Assembly (NCBI RefSeq): GCF_044647545.1
Contig: NZ_CP172818.1
Direction: 5' to 3' (one strand)
DNA from: Escherichia coli
Lineage (GTDB): Bacteria > Pseudomonadota > Gammaproteobacteria > Enterobacterales > Enterobacteriaceae
Length of the DNA stretch: 64,000 bases
Positions within the stretch are counted from its first letter, which is position 1; the number at the start of each line of letters is the position of its first letter. Under the pieces are notes generated by a model. It saw only the letters and a program-made list of their open reading frames with translations. It ran no database searches and was not told the origin of the DNA. Shown here piece by piece: positions 34,634-43,787 of this stretch. The translations under genes were made by a program, and so were the position numbers.

Positions 34634-35380
34634 TTACCGGGCGATGAGTGCGAACACGCCCCAGCCAAAGCATTCCCGCGCGTAGGTCACGTAGCGTTTC
34701 GGCGCGATGTTTAGTTCGGCCCTGACTTCGGCGGCGAAGTCATCGTCAGGATTCGCTTCCAGCCAGCGGCGCATGGTCAGCCATTTTGCGGCTTCATACC
34801 GGTCCCAGCCTTCCTGGTCTGCCAGTACCATTTCCACCACGTCATAGCCGAGATCGTCGAACGCTCCGACAAGTCCTGGCAGCGTCAGGAAATCGCTTGT
34901 CGAGCTGACGCCGCAGGCCTGGGCTATTTCTTCTGTTGCTGGTAGCTGACGCCAGTAGGGTTCGCCGATAAGCATGATCCCGCCCGGTTTCAGGCTTTGC
35001 GCTAGCAGCTCCTCCGCCCCGGCAAACCCACCGGCAATCCATGTCGCGCCGACGCAGGCCGCCACGTCACATTTTTCATTTGCGACGTAACCGGCCGCAT
35101 CGTTATGAATAAAATGTACGCGTTCGCTGACGCCGAGTTCTTCCGCGCGACGCTTTGCCTGCGCGGTGAAGAGCGAACTCATGTCGATGCCAGTCCCCGT
35201 AATGCCATGATCCCTGGCCCAGGTGCAGAGCATCTCGCCCGAGCCGCTGCCGAGGTCAAGAATGCGGGTGCCCGGCTTCATGCGCAGCACGCGACCCAGC
35301 GTGGCGTACTTCTCTTCGGTGAACGGGTTATGGATGCGGTGTTCACTTTCGCTGATGGTAAAAATACGTGGGATATCCAT
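34634..35380 (-). CDS. yjhP: Class I SAM-dependent methyltransferase
   Basis: 248 aa with SAM motif I RILDLGSGSGEM. It is the last gene of the topAI operon. Confidence 0.9.
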   Translation of the reverse strand: MDIPRIFTISESEHRIHNPFTEEKYATLGRVLRMKPGTRILDLGSGSGEMLCTWARDHGITGTGIDMSSLFTAQAKRRAEELGVSERVHFIHNDAAGYVANEKCDVAACVGATWIAGGFAGAEELLAQSLKPGGIMLIGEPYWRQLPATEEIAQACGVSSTSDFLTLPGLVGAFDDLGYDVVEMVLADQEGWDRYEAAKWLTMRRWLEANPDDDFAAEVRAELNIAPKRYVTYARECFGWGVFALIAR

Positions 35381-35435
35381 TATTTAATTCCTGTTATTGG
35401 GTTAAGCCTTAAAAAGGACACAACAAGATTGTTAT

Positions 35436-35981
35436 TCACGTCAGTGCTCCGGTTTCATCAGGGTCTGCGCACCGGATGTGGCCGGTCAGGGTCATGGGCT
35501 GAGCGGTGAGTGATTGCATCATCCAGCAGGCTTTGTGCTCCTCCGGGATGGGATAAGGTGCCGGATAGCCTTTGTCTCCGGCACAGGGTTCGAACCCATG
35601 TCGGGGGTAATAGGTGGCGTGGCCGAGAACAAAAACCGTCTGGCAGCCCATCAACCTCAGGTGCTCGATGCCAGTGCGTATCAACCGTCCTCCCACGCCC
35701 ATCCCTTGGTATTCCGGTATGACCGCCAGGGGAGCGAGGATGTGCATCAACGGTGAATCCATTTCTCCTTTGAAGGTTGCCCGGGTAAATAAAATATGCC
35801 CGACGGCTTTGCCTTCATACCGGGCTAGCAGCGATAACGCGGGGCGCGCGCTTTCATCCTCAAGTAAAGAGGCCACTAAATCGGCTTCTTTGCTGAAGCC
35901 AAATGCGCGGGTTTCGACTTCCCGGATATCACTGGCATCACTTTTATCTGTGATATGAAAAGTGAAGTGGTGTACTGTCAT
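35436..35981 (-). CDS. yjhQ: GNAT acetyltransferase; antitoxin partner of TopAI
   Basis: 181 aa with GNAT motif A ..EYQGMGVGGRLIRTGIEHL.. Confidence 0.9.
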   Translation of the reverse strand: MTVHHFTFHITDKSDASDIREVETRAFGFSKEADLVASLLEDESARPALSLLARYEGKAVGHILFTRATFKGEMDSPLMHILAPLAVIPEYQGMGVGGRLIRTGIEHLRLMGCQTVFVLGHATYYPRHGFEPCAGDKGYPAPYPIPEEHKACWMMQSLTAQPMTLTGHIRCADPDETGALT

Positions 35982-35992
35982 AGAAACTCTCC

Positions 35993-36250
35993 TTAGCGAT
36001 TATCGAGCTGAGCGCGAACTTTATTCAGCTCGGTGGTGTTGATTCGATAGGGCTGGCCATTGACGGACTTGATAAGTTTTTTGGTTTTGAGTTTTTTGAA
36101 GACGGCGAGCGTGCAGTCGGTCAGCAACAGCCCTTCGCGGCTGTAGCATTCAACGGAAGTGACGCGGCCTGAAGAATCGCGGACGTGCGCAATACGTCTA
36201 CCTTTAGCGAGAACGTGTAAGGTATGTTGTTCCTGACGGGATAAATTCAT
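35993..36250 (-). CDS. topAI: Topoisomerase I inhibitor toxin TopAI (YjhX/UPF0386)
   Basis: 85 aa, [85 protein letters not shown]. Confidence 0.9.
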   Translation of the reverse strand: MNLSRQEQHTLHVLAKGRRIAHVRDSSGRVTSVECYSREGLLLTDCTLAVFKKLKTKKLIKSVNGQPYRINTTELNKVRAQLDNR

Positions 36251-36362
36251 ACTGAAGAACCTATTTAATCATCATGTGCAAAACGTGCAAACACACCGCG
36301 GTGTCCGCATTCGATTTCGGCGCATTGATAATCAGTCCGGCCTGAAAAGGTCGGGGAACTGA

Positions 36363-36389
36363 TTATCGGATGATTACATTCTCCAGCAT
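36363..36389 (-). promoter_or_regulatory. toiL: 8-codon leader uORF in the topAI 5' UTR (toiL-type)
   Basis: The reverse complement is atgctggagaatgtaatcatccgataa, encoding MLENVIIR*. Its stop overlaps the inverted repeat gataatcagt...actgattatc (36331-36372). The name is from memory of the published topAI leader. Confidence 0.5.
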
Positions 36390-36626
36390 CAAAGCCTCGG
36401 GTTGAGTTGAAAGGTATTTACGGAGCGAATATTAACACGTAGTTATAGGAGGGATATGTTTCAGTAGAAAAAGTGTGATGTACTTTGGAAATTGAATGCC
36501 AACCCATTTACTGGAAAAGGCAGATGACACTGACGAATGCATGTTGAAGTACGCCTGAAATGGCCTCATCGGCTTTTCCCTTCGGGAGATTATTCTCCTT
36601 TTGTTAAATCCAGAACATAAATATGC

Positions 36627-36959
36627 TCACCCATCTTCGATGCTTGAAAAATTGAAGCCAATCCTGATAAGTAATTTTTTTGAAAGGGTATTTTCCGGAT
36701 TCACACCGGCTTTGATGAGTGAAAAACCGTTCTCTTTTATTCAGTCAATCGTGGCGGTAATTGCTTCAATTGCATATCCCTGGCGAGCATAAGCGGGACT
36801 GATGGTATAGCCGAGCCAAAACACATCGCATTGCTGACGTAAATAGATATCACCAATCAAAACCTGCGTCATTTGTTGACAATGGCCAATTGAATATCGC
36901 GAGCAAGTGTAAGAACTCCCAGCAAGACCCTGTAAATAATTCTGTGTAACTGCCCACGA
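36627..36959 (-). pseudogene. GNAT (RimJ/RimL-like) acetyltransferase, C-terminal ~105 codons with an in-frame TGA
   Basis: The reverse-complement translation is ...MTQVLIGDIYLRQQCDVFWLGYTISPAYARQGYAIEAITATID*IKENGFSLIKAGVNPENTLSKKLLIRIGFNFSSIEDG*. The stop is at 36741-36743. The N-terminal third is missing. Confidence 0.55.
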
Positions 36960-37035
36960 TTAAAGGTGGTCGCTCAGGCGGTCACCGTATTCGATAATAA
37001 ATGGGTCTGGAAAAAGTGCAGCATCTGGCAGCGTA

Positions 37036-38228
37036 ATGCAGGTAGCCCAGTTCAACTCTCACTACCAGTATGATCCCAAGTTCGAGCGCGGAATGTATCT
37101 GTATGAGCATCGTCGCTGTTTCAATAACATCATCGACTACTGTAACTCACTTTGCTATCACGGTAAGTTGCAGCCTAAAAGAGGGATGGAAAAAGGACGA
37201 TTTTCCCCGCAATGGGATATTTACATATTGATGGTAGAGGCATGAAGCCAAATGGAGGGAGCCGTCATAACCCTCTTGAAGCTGAAACAATAGCAGCATG
37301 GCTGGTGGCACATAAGGATGATATAGAGCGCCATTACGGGGAACCACTGTACAAAGTTGTTGGTGTTGTGACGCCATTTTCGGCGCAGGTTAATGCTATC
37401 AAAATGTCATTGCGTAAGCTGGAAATTAATGGCAAAGACGAGCAGGGTTTACTGACAGTGGGGACTGTGCACTCCTTGCAGGGGGCGGAAAGGGCGATTG
37501 TTCTCTTTTCTCCTGTCTACTCAAAACATGAAGATGGCAGGTTTCTTGATAGCAACAGCACTATCCTCAATGTTGCTGTCTCACGCGCTAAAGATAGTTT
37601 TCTGGTATTTGGCGATATGGACCTTATCGAGATGCAGCCCGCATTTTCGCCGCGAGGGTTATTGGCAAAATATCTCTTTTCTTCAGATAATAATGCGTTG
37701 CAATTTGAGTTTCAGAAACGACAGGATTTAATTTCCGCACATACACAAATTTCAACGCTGCATGGTGTGGAGCAGCATGATGAATTTTTGAACAAGACTC
37801 TTGCCGGAGCTCAAAAGAAAATAACGATTATTTCCCCTTGGTTATCCTGGCAAAAAGTGGAGCAAACGGGATTTCTGGCATCAATGGCTTTGGCCCGTTC
37901 CCGGGGCATTGATATTACCGTGGTGACGGATAAAAACTGCAATATAGCGCATGTCGATGATGATAAGCGTCAGGAGAAACAACATCTGCTGAATGATGCT
38001 GTTGAAAAGCTCAATAAGATGGGTATCGCTACGAAATTGGTTAATCGTGTTCACAGCAAAATTGTGATTGAGGATGAAGAACTGCTGTGTGTCGGATCTT
38101 TTAACTGGTTCAGTGCTACACGGGAAGATAAGTATCAACGATACGATACGTCTTTGGTGTACCGTGGTGAAGGCGTAAAAAATGAAATAAAGGCAATATA
38201 TGGTAGTCTGGATCAACGTCAGCTTTAA
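37036..38228 (+). pseudogene. yjhR: C-terminal ~400 codons of an SF1 (Upf1-like) helicase fused to a PLD/HKD nuclease domain; frameshifted and 5'-truncated
   Basis: Track ORFs 37036..37245 and 37212..38228 join through a 1-nt indel near 37203-37210. Helicase C-terminal motifs are [26 protein letters not shown] and [10 protein letters not shown]. The HKD motif is [20 protein letters not shown]. There is no Walker A/B half. Confidence 0.8.
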
Positions 38229-38432
38229 ATGTGATGAGCCGTTCATGATACAGGAGTAGTAAAGGGCATATTTTACCAATGTTAAGGCGACTTTCCGTTT
38301 TATTGCGAGTCGCCTTTCCTGATTATAAATCTTATTGTTTACCTAATCATTTTCCTTTGCATAATGCGCCTGGGATTAATGGCGGGTGCTTTTAGGAATG
38401 AAAGAAAATGCAAGCAATAATATAATAATGGC

Positions 38433-38716
38433 CTAATTTCTTTGAACATCATTAAGCATATCATCATCGTCTATTTGCCAGAATCCGTCGACTTATAATC
38501 GCCAGAACGGCATATCAGGACGGTGCTGCGAACGCTGTGGCCCAAAACGTTCCAGTAAACTGTGTAGATGTTCGTAGATTTCCGAGCCATAATCGAAAAG
38601 GCGCGGATGTCTATTAAGGCATCCGGCTAATCTGTAAGCAATAACAACGGTTTATGCGGTGCGCGTTTTTCACCCTTGTGCCAGATTATTATATTGGCAA
38701 TTGCCTGCTGTTCGAG
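38433..38716 (-). pseudogene. Remnant of the N-terminal DNA-recognition domain of an HNH-type (ScoMcrA/SBD-like) restriction endonuclease; stop plus frameshift, nuclease part absent
   Basis: The reverse complement reads LEQQAIANIIIWHKGEKRAPHKPLLLLTD* and then, in the next frame, LAGCLNRHPRLFDYGSEIYEHLHSLLERFGPQRSQHRPDMPFWRL*VDGFWQIDDD. The motif pattern APHKPLLLL...FGP...PFWRLq.DGfW is what I remember from that family. Confidence 0.4.
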
Positions 38717-38810
38717 CCCGCAAGTGAAGAGATATTACCTTGATCTCATTTGTTTTTTGTTGTCTACTCTGAGAACGAACAAGGACATCCCCCATGAATA
38801 AACTCCCCGC

Positions 38811-39791
38811 TCACCTTTCGCGCCAAAACTGCAAAATTGCTTCTACAAACCTGTCAGAAATAATCCCTCGACGGGCTGCCGCGCTGAAATGACTGCTTCG
38901 CAGTGCCGTCGTCCAGTTCTCCGGTGACCGGTACGCTGAACCGTAATATCCCGTGCTTAAATCGTCCGGATCTTCATCAGGCGCGTTCGTCAGTCCTCTT
39001 GCACCTTGTTGCTGGAAGTCGACGAAAATAATATTGGCTAGAACATTATTTTGATAATTGCCATAAATAGCTTCATACGCATGAGGGAAATTTTCTTTCC
39101 AGTACCAGGTGGTATCGCCGCAAAACCACGGCGCGTCAGTAATTTTATTAAGCTGAGAATGGTATTGTTTTAGATCCCTACGAAAGGCGTCAACCATATG
39201 ATTAAAGTGTTGAGGGTGTGACGCGTAGTCACTGGTCATTAAGTCAAATTCGCCTTGCATCCAGCATACGCCGAGGAATTTGTTCTGCGGATTTTTTGCC
39301 AGTGCGGCTCGCGTTCTGCTGACTAAATCCTGGTATAGCGGAGTATCCGTTCCCCAACGACAAGCATCATGGCTGGCTCCGTGCCGTTCTGAATATGTCC
39401 CTTCGCTGCCCGCGGTAAAAGCCGATCCGCCACGGCAACACGGAACGATGAGAACCCCTGCATTATCAGGAATAAAGGGCAGTAATTTCCGTGCTATATG
39501 TAGTGCCTGGCCAACGGTGCCGTACTGTGTTTGATGATTCGTTGCCAGAGGATGGTGATAACCCTGCATATCCTGAACATCGTGTGGGCAGTGAGTCAGT
39601 GGAATAATGTCGTTAAAGTGACATGACGGGCCTCCGGGATGTGTATGCGCAAATCTCGCTAATTGTTTAATTCTGGGATGAGGCGCATCTTCCTTGTCCG
39701 GTAATGGTAGTCCTTCGCCATACGCCATGGCATTAGACTGACCAGCAACGGTAAGAACATAGTAATAATCGGGCGATATTATTGCGTTCAT
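38811..39791 (-). CDS. nanS: 9-O-acetyl-N-acetylneuraminate esterase
   Basis: 326 aa starting at MNAIISPDYYYVLTVAGQSNAMAYGEGLP (SGNH-like GQSN motif). The track ORF starts 9 codons upstream. Confidence 0.92.
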   Translation of the reverse strand: MNAIISPDYYYVLTVAGQSNAMAYGEGLPLPDKEDAPHPRIKQLARFAHTHPGGPSCHFNDIIPLTHCPHDVQDMQGYHHPLATNHQTQYGTVGQALHIARKLLPFIPDNAGVLIVPCCRGGSAFTAGSEGTYSERHGASHDACRWGTDTPLYQDLVSRTRAALAKNPQNKFLGVCWMQGEFDLMTSDYASHPQHFNHMVDAFRRDLKQYHSQLNKITDAPWFCGDTTWYWKENFPHAYEAIYGNYQNNVLANIIFVDFQQQGARGLTNAPDEDPDDLSTGYYGSAYRSPENWTTALRSSHFSAAARRGIISDRFVEAILQFWRER

Positions 39792-39855
39792 ATAATTTTC
39801 GCGTAATACAAATGACAAATTGATAGCAAGGCCCCTTTACCGGGGCCCTGAAGCG

Positions 39856-40962
39856 TTAGTTTTGTACTGTGACTTTATTATCCTTCACAGAAATTAAAAC
39901 TGAATCCGTCACCGCTTTGCCGCCTGCAGTTTCACCGCCAATAATTAATAAACTATTATTCCAGGGCAATGATACTCCGTAGGCCCGACCTTGCGATAAT
40001 TCGCCCGATTTATCCCATTTCCCGTTATGCCAAAGATGAATATCAGCGCTATATGATTTTTTCAGGCCTTCATGCGCATAGTTCTTACCGTTCTGGTAAT
40101 TTTCTCGTGAACCTTTGAATCCGGCCCCTCCGGCAAATATAAGTGAGTCATTGCTCATGCCTGCAAAACCGCCAGCGACGCCATCTGGTGATGCGACGGG
40201 AGCAAGCTTATTCCATTTTAAATTATTACCGGTGAAATCAAGTTCAAATACGGCATCCGTTCGCAATCCTGGTTTGGCTTCGCCATTAATAAGCCAGGTT
40301 TTATCACCTTTATTCACAACCGCCGCACCAGCCGTTCCGTACCAGGGAGATTCGCCAGCGTAACTCCATTGCTGTGTAGAGGGATCAAAAGACAACAGAA
40401 ACTTATTGAAGAAATAATCTTCTGCTTTTTTGTCAAAATAGTGGGCGTTGATTTTATCTATAGTGGTTGAATCTTTTCCAGCTTCGTTGAGATCTTCAAA
40501 ATAGCCATTGAAGATATTCTGGTTAACACCGCCAGTAACATAAGCCTTGCCGTTGTGTACAAAAGTCACATGGCCCGCCATGCCCATCGGCGCGTGCGAC
40601 ATCAATTTAACCCAGCTATTGGTTTTGGGGTTGTATTTGTGTACGTCATTAAATACCTGAGTCAAGCCCTCGCTGTTTTTGCCAATGCCGCCAAACACAT
40701 ACAGATTACCATCAATAAATGCAGAGGTTGCTTGATCTCTCGGTCCACCAGGGAATGCAGCTAACGCTGTCCATTTTTTATCTTTGGCCTGTGTATCCAG
40801 CTTGTACCATGCTGTACCTGCGCTACCTAAACCAATGTAGACAGTGTCGTTATCAATTGCTCCGGTACCACTTTTAAATGGCACAGGAGTTTCCGGTAAT
40901 ACAGACGCGTTTGCGGCAAATGAAGCCATTATGATAGCAAGCGCCGTTATTGTTTTATTCAT
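39856..40962 (-). CDS. nanM: N-acetylneuraminate mutarotase (Kelch-repeat beta-propeller), periplasmic
   Basis: 368 aa starting at MNKTITALAIIMASFAANA (signal peptide), with repeated ..G...lYvfGG.. Kelch units. Confidence 0.92.
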   Translation of the reverse strand: MNKTITALAIIMASFAANASVLPETPVPFKSGTGAIDNDTVYIGLGSAGTAWYKLDTQAKDKKWTALAAFPGGPRDQATSAFIDGNLYVFGGIGKNSEGLTQVFNDVHKYNPKTNSWVKLMSHAPMGMAGHVTFVHNGKAYVTGGVNQNIFNGYFEDLNEAGKDSTTIDKINAHYFDKKAEDYFFNKFLLSFDPSTQQWSYAGESPWYGTAGAAVVNKGDKTWLINGEAKPGLRTDAVFELDFTGNNLKWNKLAPVASPDGVAGGFAGMSNDSLIFAGGAGFKGSRENYQNGKNYAHEGLKKSYSADIHLWHNGKWDKSGELSQGRAYGVSLPWNNSLLIIGGETAGGKAVTDSVLISVKDNKVTVQN

Positions 40963-40981
40963 TGTGACTGTCTCCTGTCTA

Positions 40982-41698
40982 CTACAGTTTAAATGATACA
41001 CCAATGCGATAACTGTTTTCCGATAAATTATCTCTGCCGTTGTAAACACCCTGACGGTCAAGGTAGTCATATTCTATGTATGGCGTAATATCGGGCGTCA
41101 TATGGTATTGTAGAACAAATGCATTTTCCGTCGCCCATTTCTTATGGTTTGCATAGCGATAATCGTTCTGTTTGCTGTATAGCGTCGTTTGCCATGCGAA
41201 GGTGAAATCACTATTAATATGGTAAGTGACATATCCATCCCAACGATGAACGTTATCACGAGACATATCACCGGATAAGTCTTGTTGTCGGTAAGCTTTC
41301 CAGTCGTAACGATAGCGAATGCCAAAATTAAGATCTTTTGTCGCGTCCCAGGACAGTTTTACGTAGGGTCCGTAGCGGGTGCCGTTGCTGCTAAAATGCG
41401 TTAACATTCCCGGGCGCACCGTCCATTGATCATCAAGTTTAATCGCGTAATTAACTTCAACCTGAACATCATTGAGTGCGGCATTTTCCTTTTTATTATC
41501 ATGAATGGTATTCCAGGTATTACTTTCCATGCTTGCCCACCATCCATTTTGCCATCCCTCACTGACTTTGAGTCGAGTCTCATAGGCATGGCTTCCGCTA
41601 CGATATCCACCACGTACGTCCAGTGTCGCAGCCTGAGAAATTAATGGTGACGAAAAGCACAGTAATAATACGCCAGAAAGTATTTTAGCCTTTTTCAT
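40982..41698 (-). CDS. nanC: KdgM-family outer-membrane channel for N-acetylneuraminic acid
   Basis: 238 aa starting at MKKAKILSGVLLLCFSSPLISQA (signal peptide). The C-terminal ...YRIGVSFKL ends in an aromatic-type beta-barrel terminus. Confidence 0.92.
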   Translation of the reverse strand: MKKAKILSGVLLLCFSSPLISQAATLDVRGGYRSGSHAYETRLKVSEGWQNGWWASMESNTWNTIHDNKKENAALNDVQVEVNYAIKLDDQWTVRPGMLTHFSSNGTRYGPYVKLSWDATKDLNFGIRYRYDWKAYRQQDLSGDMSRDNVHRWDGYVTYHINSDFTFAWQTTLYSKQNDYRYANHKKWATENAFVLQYHMTPDITPYIEYDYLDRQGVYNGRDNLSENSYRIGVSFKL

Positions 41699-42114
41699 AA
41701 ATTTCACTCATTTGTAGGATACAGAAAGCAATACAAAGCCCGCATAAACAATTAGCATTTATGTTGTGTAATATTTTTTGCCAGGCTTATAGTGTCTTTG
41801 GCAATGGGTAGCTTATTTTATATTTTTTGTATAAGGTCTCCTGTGAAAATTCTCTTTTCACATTATTTAAATAAACAGAGAGCCAGATTAAATACCTGAG
41901 TATAAAATCTCTTCTGATGTTTAATTGATTTGAATGTTCGTAAGCTATATCACTTACTCAATCCATTTTACCCAGAGTCATAAAATAGAGTGTTTGTTGA
42001 TCTCATTTTCATATTCCTTTCAGACTGAAGTGCGTTTTCATCACCCGATGAGAAAGAACTGAAGTGATGTTTGCCATAGATTGCAAGATGCCCTGTCTCA
42101 TTGTCTATCGCGGT

Positions 42115-42136
42115 GCACCTTTATACCTGTTATACC
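42115..42136 (-). promoter_or_regulatory. NanR operator of the nanCMS promoter
   Basis: The reverse complement is GGTATAacaGGTATAaagGTgca, two full GGTATA repeats plus a degenerate third. It is part of an ~82-nt cassette about 80% identical to the yjhB promoter (5762-5843). Confidence 0.6.
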
Positions 42137-42890
42137 AGATCAAAAATCACGCAATCCATACAACAAAACCAGATTTGCAATTCGTGTCACAAAATATGTC
42201 GATCTTTTTCTAAGAGGAAGATGCCATGTGAAGCCAGACGAACACTTGCGGTGGTCTTCAAAAACTAAAGATATTCTTTTAAATATCTGTTTTATAAATA
42301 ATTTATTTAGAGTCTAAATAAGGGAAGCTTTGTAAGCTAACTCAGTGAGCTTGGTGAAAATAAGTGTTTACCCGCCATCAGGCTTAGCATAATTCTCATC
42401 ATGAAATATGTTTCCTGGTTTGTGGCTTGTAACTGGTCACTCCTGAAGCCGATCTGGAGAGGCTTGTTGATGTTGGTGTTTTCAGGGTGATGCCTCACTT
42501 AGTTTGTTTGCCGTATCGCCCGGCGAACAGCTGTGATTGAGGAAGGTTTAAGTCGTAGTGACCAAAGCCATATTTACCAACGGATGCAGATGAAAAAATC
42601 GTTTCCTGCTTTCCCCCATATCTCCATGATAAAAAGGAATGTAACAATCTCATGGTCTAAACTGACGAACCAGCCAGGAATAATCGCTAGGGACCTAAGA
42701 ATTAGCATGATAATAGCCACTAAGAAATTACTGCGTTCCATGAAATAGCCATTTTGTGGCAAATGGAGTTGACTAATAATGTCATATGTGAGACGGCTAG
42801 TTGAGCGAATATTAAATTTTGCTGAATTTTTTATGTTGATTTTACTTGTTACAGAACATATCACATGATATATAGATAATAAGAGAAGAC

Positions 42891-43540
42891 AGCGCCGGGG
42901 GCCCGCGGCGCCCGCTCCCAGCGCGGCGGGGGCGGGGGGGGGATATAAGGGAGCCTCGTCCCACACCAGCAAAGGGGACGCGGCTCGAGCCCAGCGGGAA
43001 GGGGCGCGGGGAACGTCCGAAGGCGTCATACGCGTAAAACAGCCAGCGCGCGCGATGCGCACATCCCACGTTCGTCCATTCCGCGCAGGACGTGACGACG
43101 CCGGCGTTGGCGGGTTACCGCGCGGCGGGCTGCGGGGCGTTGAGGAACGCCCATAATGGCGGGCGTGCGGCTCCAACGTTCGGCTCTGTTTGGGCTGGTG
43201 CGTACCGGGTTGAGAAGCGGGTAAGTGAACGCGTTGCCGTTTTACGGCAGTGAGAGCGAGTAGCGCCCGCGCGCGGGGGGGGCGGCGGGGCGCGGCCGGT
43301 GTCCCCGGCGCGGCGCGGGTTCGTGGAGGCCACGCGCCAGTGCGGGAGTGGGCCCGGCATGCGAACGGCCGCACTGGGGGCATTCAATGACGACCTTCTC
43401 GGTTCGTGGTGGAGAGGGGGGGACGGTGGGCAGGGCGGCGGGGCGCGGCCCGGCGGGGCCGCGCACCGGGGGGGGGGGGGGGGGGGGGGGGGCGCACCAC
43501 CCCGCGTGCTGCGGGGCAGCGGTGGGCGGCCCCTCTCTCG
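42891..43540. other. Anomalous G/C-only block 2: a degenerate, compressed, inverted IS1-like sequence replacing fimB through most of fimH
   Basis: There are exact inverted word matches to the IS1 copy in this window, in collinear order. 43026-43049 matches the reverse complement of 21085-21108 (24 nt). 43070-43080 matches 21043-21053. 43146-43158 matches 20936-20948. 43195-43215 matches 20865-20885 (21 nt). 43221-43230 matches 20849-20858. 43239-43257 matches 20818-20836 (19 nt). The spacing is compressed by about 20%. There is a G run at 43468-43492. All frames give P/G/R/A ORFs. Confidence 0.85.
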
Positions 43541-43545
43541 GGAAC

Positions 43546-43715
43546 AGTTGATGCGCAACGGTACGATTATTCCAGCGAATAACACGGTATCGTTAGGAGC
43601 AGTAGGGACTTCGGCGGTAAGTCTGGGATTAACGGCAAATTACGCACGTACCGGAGGGCAGGTGACTGCAGGGAATGTGCAATCGATTATTGGCGTGACT
43701 TTTGTTTATCAATAA
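43546..43715 (+). pseudogene. fimH: Last ~56 codons of the type 1 fimbrial adhesin gene fimH
   Basis: The translation ...RNGTIIPANNTVSLGAVGTSAVSLGLTANYARTGGQVTAGNVQSIIGVTFVYQ* is the FimH pilin-domain C-terminus. Everything upstream (fimB, fimE, fimA-G and the fimS switch) is absent. Confidence 0.85.
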
Positions 43716-43787
43716 AGAAATCACAGGGCATTGCTAATGCAGGTACGCAATATTACCTGAAGCTAAAAACCTGCACGTTAGCCCTTT

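Noticed and set aside
38705-38720. The string ctgctgttcgagcccg resembles the leuX T-arm (ggttcgagtccgg) and might be the distal att repeat of the island.
   Set aside because: Only about 10/13 matches. It lies inside the reading frame of the endonuclease remnant. I could not find a convincing direct repeat of the leuX 3' end anywhere in the window.
42574-43585. A 269-aa and a 156-aa minus-strand ORF and a 138-aa plus-strand ORF across block 2. One contains [11 protein letters not shown] and one ends in genuine FimH sequence.
   Set aside because: The IS1 InsB-like and FimH-like stretches are residues of the underlying degraded IS1 and of the fimH 3' end. The rest is GC low-complexity translation.
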